This document shows, in pieces, positions 1 through 4,391 of a stretch of DNA of 6,089 nt (positions within the stretch are counted from its first letter, which is position 1; each line of letters opens with the position of its first letter). The notes under the pieces were generated by a model that had not been told where the DNA came from, did not search any database, and saw only the letters and a list, made by a program, of their open reading frames with translations. Both the position numbers and the translations under genes were made by a program. Location: the sequence record NC_001730.1; one strand, written 5' to 3'. The DNA comes from Escherichia phage phiK.

Positions 1-3
1 TTG

Positions 4-31
4 TTGACATTCCCCAATTCCTTATTAGACT
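4..31 (+). promoter_or_regulatory. Candidate sigma70-type promoter upstream of ORF1 (TTGACA N16 TAGACT)
   Basis: Perfect -35 hexamer TTGACA at 4-9, 16-nt spacer, -10-like TAGACT at 26-31 (4/6 to TATAAT). Lies about 30 nt upstream of the AGGAG/ATG of the 64..432 ORF. Motif match only. Confidence 0.25.
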
Positions 32-63
32 CTTGCTTCAACGAAACGAATCAGGAGTCTTTT

Positions 64-432
64 ATGAAGCCCGCTCACTGTCTTACTCATCCCGTACTTG
101 GTTCATGGTTTTTTAAGTGTCCCGTTTATATCCGTTATGAGCACCTTCATCACGGTCGTCTTATCAAGGTTCGCGCTGTTCGTGATTTGTCCCCGCGTCA
201 GCAGCTTATTGCTAACCCTAAAAATTGCTTTGACGTTGTTATTGCTGAGATTGATGTTACTTATGGCTCCATTACTTGGTTTGACTATGAGCATGAGGAG
301 TATGATGAGTTTGAGCCTGATGTTATAAATGGCCTCGTTAACTATATTGATATTCCTCACGTCATTCGTTCTGAGGAAGACCCTACTGTTTCTGTTGATG
401 ATATGGATTGGCTTTATGAAATTGCGGAGTAA
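64..432 (+). CDS. Hypothetical protein (about 122 aa), basic His/Cys-containing N-terminal half and strongly acidic C-terminal half; first ORF of the H-A spacer module
   Basis: ATG 64 preceded by AGGAG at 53-57 (6-nt spacing); stop TAA 430-432. Third codon positions are about 55-60% T by hand count, the same bias as canonical microvirus genes. No similarity to proteins A-H that I can recognise. Confidence 0.5.
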   Translation: MKPAHCLTHPVLGSWFFKCPVYIRYEHLHHGRLIKVRAVRDLSPRQQLIANPKNCFDVVIAEIDVTYGSITWFDYEHEEYDEFEPDVINGLVNYIDIPHVIRSEEDPTVSVDDMDWLYEIAE

Positions 433-435
433 ATT

Positions 436-525
436 ATGGAGACTGTTATCGGAAAATTTATTGCTCTGGCTGTTGTTGCTTTTATGCTGTATGGAATTAC
501 CCGCTTAATTTTGAGGTTCCCGTGA
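436..525 (+). CDS. Hypothetical 29-aa hydrophobic peptide (METVIGKFIALAVVAFMLYGITRLILRFP), predicted single transmembrane helix
   Basis: ATG 436 lies 3 nt after the ORF1 stop, with GGAG at 426-429 (6-nt spacing); stop TGA 523-525. Hydrophobic core FIALAVVAFMLYGI flanked by K7 and R23/R27. Same frame as ORF1. Too short for codon statistics to be decisive. Confidence 0.35.
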   Translation: METVIGKFIALAVVAFMLYGITRLILRFP

Positions 526-734
526 AGTATTTTAGTTTGGTTGATGAACATTATGCTTATTGCCCTGATACGAGGATTTTGCACATTACTCGCAGTCGTG
601 TTTCTGACCCTCGCTACGAGCGTTGCTTTCTTACTGATGAGGAGCATTTTGCGCTATTGGATTGGTTGAAAAACCGTCCAACTTGCGTTAATTCTTGGCA
701 ATCTTCTGAAATACCCTCTATATTGCCCTCATAG
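522..734 (+). CDS. Hypothetical protein (about 70 aa), GTG-initiated, translationally coupled to the upstream peptide ORF
   Basis: GTG 522-524 overlaps the TGA stop of the 29-aa ORF (GTGA); GAGG at 513-516 (5-nt spacing); stop TAG 732-734. No in-frame ATG exists, so the start must be non-ATG if the ORF is real. Third-position T about 50% by hand count. Confidence 0.4.
   Translation: MKYFSLVDEHYAYCPDTRILHITRSRVSDPRYERCFLTDEEHFALLDWLKNRPTCVNSWQSSEIPSILPS
695..724 (+). promoter_or_regulatory. Candidate gene A promoter (PA-like): TTGGCA N18 TATATT
   Basis: -35-like TTGGCA at 695-700 and -10-like TATATT at 719-724, 18-nt spacer. The predicted start site falls inside the downstream hairpin. phiX174 has its PA promoter in the equivalent H-A spacer. 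Motif match only. Confidence 0.3.
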
Positions 735-754
735 TTTCACTACGAGGGCTTTTT
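725..754 (+). terminator. Hairpin plus T5 run, intrinsic-terminator-like, at the end of the spacer module immediately upstream of gene A
   Basis: GCCCTC (725-730) pairs with GAGGGC (744-749); an inner 3-bp helix TAG(732-734)/CTA(740-742) leaves a 5-nt loop; followed by TTTTT 750-754. The 3' arm contains the GAGGG Shine-Dalgarno of gene A. Confidence 0.45.
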
Positions 755-757
755 CGC

Positions 758-2242
758 ATGGCTACCGAAATCTTTTCTGATGTTGTTAAATCTGTTTGGT
801 CGCACGCTACGGCTAAGCACGCCCATCTTCGTATGGCTGTTCAGGTTGATAATCGTAGTCGCCTTCTTTCTGATTTGGTTTACCAGTTGGAAAAACGCCT
901 CTCCGAAGAGACTCATCTGGATGATGAGACTTATGCCCTTTATGAATCTCAGACTGGCCTTTTGGAAGACCATATGGCACTGGTTCGGAAGTGTGCAGCC
1001 CAACTTGATAATAGTAACACTATAGACCACCGCACCCCGTTGGACCCTGAATGTGTTTTTCTTTTTGAGATGATTTGTCCAGGTGTCCGCTATGGTAAGA
1101 CGCTTAATTCGCTTTGGAGTAAGTATGCTGCCCAGTGGCCTGAGAAATTGATTCGTCAGGAGCTCGACATGGTCAAGCCTTTATCCTTTAAGGATGAGGT
1201 TGCCAAGTACATGGAAAAAATGCAGGAAAAAACACGCAAAAACCGCATGACTCAGAAAGTTATCAATGAGATGCGTATTGCTCACCAGAAAGGCTGGTTC
1301 TTTGTGTTTGACACGTTGACCCTTGCCGATGACCGTTTGCAGGCATTCAATGAAAACCCCAATGCTCTTCGTGATTATTTTAGGACTGTTGGTCGAGCTG
1401 TTCTGCGCGCTGAAGGTCGTTCGGTTAAGGATTCCTACAACGACTGCTATCGCTATCTTTGTGTGCCGGAGTTTGGAGGTCAGCACGGTCGTCTTCATTG
1501 GCACGTTGTGCATATGGTGCGGACTCTTCCTTTGGGAAGTCATGACCCTAACTTCGGTCGCCCGGTACGTAATTATCGCCAGATTAACTCGTTCCGTGGC
1601 ATGTGGCCCTATGGCTTTACGCAACCGATAGCCGTTCGTTATCAACATGACGCTTATTCTCGCAAAGGTTGGTTATGGCCTGTTGACAAATCAGGAAAAG
1701 CAATGCAGAGTAAGCCGTATCAGGCGGTCGCATGGTATGTGACCAAGTATGTAGCTAAGCAATCTGACCAGCGTCAGAAGGCTATTACCGAGAGACAAAA
1801 GAAATGCAAGAATCCATTAATGGCAATCTGTCTGAAGAAAGAATTTCGGGTGCGCAGCAGCCGGAAGCTTGGAATGGAGCTCCCGTCAATGGCTCACCTG
1901 AGCAACAAAGTGCTTCTGGAGCTGAGTCGAATCAGCTTCGATTCCAGTCCTCTTTATCAGATAGTGAAAGAGAACGCCAAAAAGCAACTGACCTTGAACA
2001 TCGGCGCGCTGCCTTTGCACGTCATTTTGGATGTGCGCCCGGAAGTGAGAAGCATGTTGAAAGCTATTCGTCGTTTGATGAAAAAGACACCAGAGTTCAA
2101 CTGGCAGAGTTCTATCGCTTCAATGACGGTCACCTTAAAAAATGGGGATATTTCTGATGAAGCACGTCAATACATTATTGATGCAGGAATTACGCCTACT
2201 GATTTGCGAGCTAAAGCGACTCAAACTTTCGGCGGTAAGTGA
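758..2242 (+). CDS. A: Gene A protein, rolling-circle replication initiator (HUH endonuclease), 494 aa
   Basis: ATG 758, stop TGA 2240-2242. Translation aligns with phiX174 A protein from ...DNSNTIDHR... onward: WFFVFDTLTLADDRL, HUH motif GRLHWHVVHM, paired catalytic tyrosines in YVTKYVAK, C-terminal ...ASMT...GGK. N-terminal 80 residues are divergent, as is usual for this family. Confidence 0.95.
   Translation: MATEIFSDVVKSVWSHATAKHAHLRMAVQVDNRSRLLSDLVYQLEKRLSEETHLDDETYALYESQTGLLEDHMALVRKCAAQLDNSNTIDHRTPLDPECVFLFEMICPGVRYGKTLNSLWSKYAAQWPEKLIRQELDMVKPLSFKDEVAKYMEKMQEKTRKNRMTQKVINEMRIAHQKGWFFVFDTLTLADDRLQAFNENPNALRDYFRTVGRAVLRAEGRSVKDSYNDCYRYLCVPEFGGQHGRLHWHVVHMVRTLPLGSHDPNFGRPVRNYRQINSFRGMWPYGFTQPIAVRYQHDAYSRKGWLWPVDKSGKAMQSKPYQAVAWYVTKYVAKQSDQRQKAITERQKKCKNPLMAICLKKEFRVRSSRKLGMELPSMAHLSNKVLLELSRISFDSSPLYQIVKENAKKQLTLNIGALPLHVILDVRPEVRSMLKAIRRLMKKTPEFNWQSSIASMTVTLKNGDISDEARQYIIDAGITPTDLRAKATQTFGGK
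1001..1030 (+). other. Viral (+) strand origin of rolling-circle replication (A-protein recognition and nick site)
   Basis: CAACTTGATAATAGTAACACTATAGACCAC matches the phiX174 origin 30-mer as I recall it (CAACTTGATATTAATAACACTATAGACCAC) at 28/30, both differences in the AT-rich spacer. Lies inside gene A at the homologous codon position (LDNSNTIDH). Expected nick between G1007 and A1008. Confidence 0.85.
1211..2242 (+). CDS. A*: A* protein, in-frame internal restart within gene A (candidate)
   Basis: In-frame ATGs at 1211 and 1220 (MEKMQEKTRKNRM...) align with the phiX174 A* start (MKSRRGFAIQRLMNAMRQAHADGWF versus MQEKTRKNRMTQKVINEMRIAHQKGWF); GGATGAGG-like SD at about 1193-1199. Inferred by homology; which ATG is used is unknown. 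Confidence 0.35.
   Translation: MEKMQEKTRKNRMTQKVINEMRIAHQKGWFFVFDTLTLADDRLQAFNENPNALRDYFRTVGRAVLRAEGRSVKDSYNDCYRYLCVPEFGGQHGRLHWHVVHMVRTLPLGSHDPNFGRPVRNYRQINSFRGMWPYGFTQPIAVRYQHDAYSRKGWLWPVDKSGKAMQSKPYQAVAWYVTKYVAKQSDQRQKAITERQKKCKNPLMAICLKKEFRVRSSRKLGMELPSMAHLSNKVLLELSRISFDSSPLYQIVKENAKKQLTLNIGALPLHVILDVRPEVRSMLKAIRRLMKKTPEFNWQSSIASMTVTLKNGDISDEARQYIIDAGITPTDLRAKATQTFGGK
1804..2157 (+). CDS. B: Gene B protein, internal scaffolding protein, 117 aa, overprinted within gene A in a different frame
   Basis: ATG 1804, stop TGA 2155-2157. C-terminus ...RVQLAEFYRFNDGHLKKWGYF matches phiX174 B ...RIQPAEFYRFHDAEVNTFGYF; acidic, low-complexity N-terminal region typical of B. Confidence 0.9.
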   Translation: MQESINGNLSEERISGAQQPEAWNGAPVNGSPEQQSASGAESNQLRFQSSLSDSERERQKATDLEHRRAAFARHFGCAPGSEKHVESYSSFDEKDTRVQLAEFYRFNDGHLKKWGYF

Positions 2243-2318
2243 CCCGGATTTTTCCCAGGAGAAAATTCATGCTGAGCTCGACTCGTTATTATGCAAGTTA
2301 TCGCGCCACTTTGACTAA
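2157..2318 (+). CDS. K: Gene K protein, 53 aa, overlapping the 3' end of A and the 5' end of C
   Basis: ATG 2157 overlaps the B stop (TGATG); stop TAA 2316-2318. Translation MKHVNTLLMQELRLLICELKRLKLSAVSDPDFSQEKIHAELDSLLCKLSRHFD resembles phiX174 K (..IKQELLLLVYELNRSGLL..KIRPILAQLEKLLLCDLS..). Below the length cutoff of the supplied ORF track. Confidence 0.75.
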   Translation: MKHVNTLLMQELRLLICELKRLKLSAVSDPDFSQEKIHAELDSLLCKLSRHFD

Positions 2319-2475
2319 GCAGTTGATGTTTCTTACAAAAGCTGATTTTACCAACGATGACGAGAAATGGCTTAATGCCTTTGGTAATCTTCTCCGTCAG
2401 TGGTTTCAGATTGAAGATTGGAAAGGCAATCATAAAAAATTGCTTGACGACTTGAAAAGACGTGATTATCTTTGA
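2269..2475 (+). CDS. C: Gene C protein (DNA maturation / switch to ssDNA synthesis), 68 aa from the ATG
   Basis: ATG 2269 with AGGAG at 2257-2261 (7-nt spacing); stop TGA 2473-2475. Matches phiX174 C (..KWLNMLGTFVKDWF.. versus ..KWLNAFGNLLRQWF..). An alternative GTG start at 2239 overlaps the A stop (GTGA), which is where the phiX174 C start sits. Confidence 0.8.
   Translation: MLSSTRYYASYRATLTKQLMFLTKADFTNDDEKWLNAFGNLLRQWFQIEDWKGNHKKLLDDLKRRDYL
2445..2472 (+). promoter_or_regulatory. Candidate PD-like promoter inside the 3' end of gene C (TTGACG N16 TATCTT)
   Basis: -35-like TTGACG 2445-2450, -10-like TATCTT 2467-2472, about 20 nt upstream of the D Shine-Dalgarno. phiX174 has PD at the equivalent position. 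Motif match only. Confidence 0.25.
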
Positions 2476-2501
2476 CTCGAATCTTACATAAGGAGTTACT
2501 C

Positions 2502-2954
2502 ATGAATATTGTTTCTGATGTTAATTACGCCACTTCTGTTGCTGCTCTTCGCATGTTACAGGCTAGTTCTGTTCTGGATATCACCGAGGAAGATTTTGAC
2601 TTCCTGACTGGTGATAAGATTTGGATTGCTACTGACCGCAACCGTGCGCGTCGCTGTGTAGAGGCTTGTGTTTATGGAACGCTGGACTTTGTCGGCTATC
2701 CTCGCTTTCCTGCTCCTGTTGAGTTTATTGCTGCCGTCATTGCTTATTATGTTCATCCCGTCAACATTCAGACAGCATGCCTCGTTATGGAAGGCGCGGA
2801 GTTTAGCGAAAACATTATTAATGGCGTCGAGCGCCCGGTTAACGCCGCTGAGCTCTTCGCGTACACCCTGCGTATTAAGGCAGGATTCAAAGAAACTGTA
2901 ATTGATGCCGAAGAGAATGCTCGTCAGAAATTACGCGCAAATGGGTTGAAATGA
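2502..2954 (+). CDS. D: Gene D protein, external scaffolding protein, 150 aa
   Basis: ATG 2502 with TAAGGAG at 2489-2495; stop TGA 2952-2954. Near-identical blocks to phiX174 D: WIATDR.RARRCVEACVYGTLDFVGYPRFPAPVEFIAAVIAYYVHPVNIQTAC, ENIINGVERPV. The ORF-track start at 2472 is a TTG extension. Confidence 0.95.
   Translation: MNIVSDVNYATSVAALRMLQASSVLDITEEDFDFLTGDKIWIATDRNRARRCVEACVYGTLDFVGYPRFPAPVEFIAAVIAYYVHPVNIQTACLVMEGAEFSENIINGVERPVNAAELFAYTLRIKAGFKETVIDAEENARQKLRANGLK
2674..2901 (+). CDS. E: Gene E lysis protein, 75 aa, overprinted in the +1 frame of gene D
   Basis: ATG 2674 (GAGG at 2661-2664); stop TAA 2899-2901. N-terminal TM domain MERWTLSAILAFLLLLSLLLPSLLIMFIPSTF is near-identical to phiX174 E (MVRWTLWDTLAFLLLLSLLLPSLLIMFIPSTF), including the proline at position 21. 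Confidence 0.85.
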   Translation: MERWTLSAILAFLLLLSLLLPSLLIMFIPSTFRQHASLWKARSLAKTLLMASSARLTPLSSSRTPCVLRQDSKKL

Positions 2955-2955
2955 T

Positions 2956-3030
2956 ATGAAAAAAGCACGTCGTTCTCCTAGTCGTCGTAAAGGTGCTCGC
3001 CTCTGGTATGTAGGCGGTTCTCAGTTTTAA
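2956..3030 (+). CDS. J: Gene J protein, small basic DNA-binding/packaging protein, 24 aa
   Basis: ATG 2956, stop TAA 3028-3030. MKKARRSPSRRKGARLWYVGGSQF shares the C-terminal KGARLWYVGG.QF with phiX174 J. The short 24-aa form is characteristic of the G4/alpha3 group. Absent from the ORF track only because of length. Confidence 0.9.
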   Translation: MKKARRSPSRRKGARLWYVGGSQF

Positions 3031-3032
3031 TT

Positions 3033-3062
3033 ATGGGCCTTCGGGCCCCTTAAGGATTATTA
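3033..3062 (+). promoter_or_regulatory. J-F intercistronic hairpin (GGGCC-TTCG-GGCCC) plus AAGGA ribosome-binding site for F
   Basis: GGGCC 3035-3039 pairs with GGCCC 3044-3048 across a TTCG tetraloop; AAGGA 3052-3056 sits 6 nt before the F ATG. phiX174 has a comparable GC hairpin in its J-F spacer (TJ terminator / mRNA-stabilising element). Confidence 0.5.
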
Positions 3063-4358
3063 ATGTCTAATGTACAAACTTCAGCTGAACGTGAAATTGT
3101 TGACCTCTCTCATCTTGCTTTTGACTGTGGCATGATTGGTCGCTTGAAAACTGTTTCATGGACTCCTGTTATCGCTGGCGATTCCTTTGAGCTTGATGCT
3201 GTTGGTGCTTTGCGTCTTTCTCCTCTGCGTCGTGGTTTAGCCATTGATTCTAAGGTTGACTTTTTCACTTTCTATATTCCGCATCGTCATGTTTATGGTG
3301 ATCAGTGGATTCAATTTATGCGTGATGGTGTTGATGCTTCGCCGCTTCCTTCCGTTACTACTACTAAGTATCCGGATGATGCTGGTTATGTTGGTACTAT
3401 TGTTCCTAAGAGCAACCGTATTCCTAAGTTTTTGCATCAGTCTTATCTGAATATTTATAATAACTATTTCCGTGCGCCGTGGATGCCTGAGCGTACTGAA
3501 GCTAATCCTTCAAACTTAGATCGTGATGATTCTCGTTATGGATTCCGTTGTTGCCATCTTAAAACTATTTGGTCTGCTCCTCTTCCTCCGGAAACTAAGC
3601 TCGCTGAGCAAATGGGCATTGAAAGCAATTCCATTGATATTATGGGTTTGCAGGCCGCTTATGCGCAGCTTCACACTGAGCAGGAGCGTACTTATTTTAT
3701 GCAGCGTTACCGTGATGTTATCTCCAGCTTTGGCGGTTCAACCTCCTATGATGCCGATAACCGACCGTTGCTTGTTATGCATACCGATTTTTGGGCTTCC
3801 GGTTACGACGTTGACGGTACCGACCAATCTTCCCTTGGACAGTTTTCGGGGCGAGTTCAACAGACGTTTAAACACTCAGTGCCGCGATTCTTCGTGCCTG
3901 AGCATGGTGTCATGATGACTTTGATGCTGGTTCGCTTCCCGCCTATCAGTCCTTTGGAGCATCATTATCTTGTTGGTCGTAATAATTTGACTTATACCGA
4001 CCTTGCTGGTGACCCGGCTTTGATTGGTAATTTGCCGCCGCGTGAGATTTCTTATCAGGACCTTTTCCGTGATGGTCGCCCGGGCATTAAGATTAAGGTT
4101 GCCGAGTCTATCTGGTATCGTACTCATCCGGATTATGTTAACTACAAGTATCAGTTACTTGAGGGTTTCCCGTTCCTTGATGATGCGCCCGGTACGACTA
4201 GTGGTGATGACCTTCAGAAGGCTATTCTCATTGACCATAATGACTATAATGCCTGTTTCCAGTCTCAGCAGTTGCTTCAGTGGAATAATCAGGCTCGTTA
4301 TAATGTTAATGTTTATCGCCATATTCCTACTGTTCGTGATTCTATTATGACCTCTTAA
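3063..4358 (+). CDS. F: Gene F protein, major capsid protein, 431 aa
   Basis: ATG 3063, stop TAA 4356-4358. Extensive identity to phiX174 F: MSN.QT.AER, TPVIAGDSFE.DAVGALRLSPLRRGLAIDS, YGFRCCHLK, IDIMGLQAAYA, SGYDVDGTDQ.SLGQFSGRVQQT, LPPREIS, QLLQWN, TRDSIMTS. Confidence 0.97.
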   Translation: MSNVQTSAEREIVDLSHLAFDCGMIGRLKTVSWTPVIAGDSFELDAVGALRLSPLRRGLAIDSKVDFFTFYIPHRHVYGDQWIQFMRDGVDASPLPSVTTTKYPDDAGYVGTIVPKSNRIPKFLHQSYLNIYNNYFRAPWMPERTEANPSNLDRDDSRYGFRCCHLKTIWSAPLPPETKLAEQMGIESNSIDIMGLQAAYAQLHTEQERTYFMQRYRDVISSFGGSTSYDADNRPLLVMHTDFWASGYDVDGTDQSSLGQFSGRVQQTFKHSVPRFFVPEHGVMMTLMLVRFPPISPLEHHYLVGRNNLTYTDLAGDPALIGNLPPREISYQDLFRDGRPGIKIKVAESIWYRTHPDYVNYKYQLLEGFPFLDDAPGTTSGDDLQKAILIDHNDYNACFQSQQLLQWNNQARYNVNVYRHIPTVRDSIMTS

Positions 4359-4361
4359 TTC

Positions 4362-4391
4362 ATGGGCCTTCGGGCCCATTAAGGATTTTTT
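4362..4391 (+). promoter_or_regulatory. F-G intercistronic hairpin (ATGGGCC-TTCG-GGCCCAT) plus AAGGA ribosome-binding site and T6 run
   Basis: 7-bp stem 4362-4368/4373-4379 with TTCG tetraloop; AAGGA 4381-4385; TTTTTT 4386-4391 directly before the G ATG. 27/30 identical to the J-F module at 3033-3062. Confidence 0.5.

Noticed and set aside
2472-2501. ORF-track 5' extensions of D (TTG 2472) and, similarly, of C (GTG 2239) and E (GTG 2668)
   Set aside because: D is called from ATG 2502, which has a near-consensus TAAGGAG and matches the phiX174 D N-terminus. C and E are called from their ATGs with SD sequences, and the GTG alternatives are noted but not preferred.
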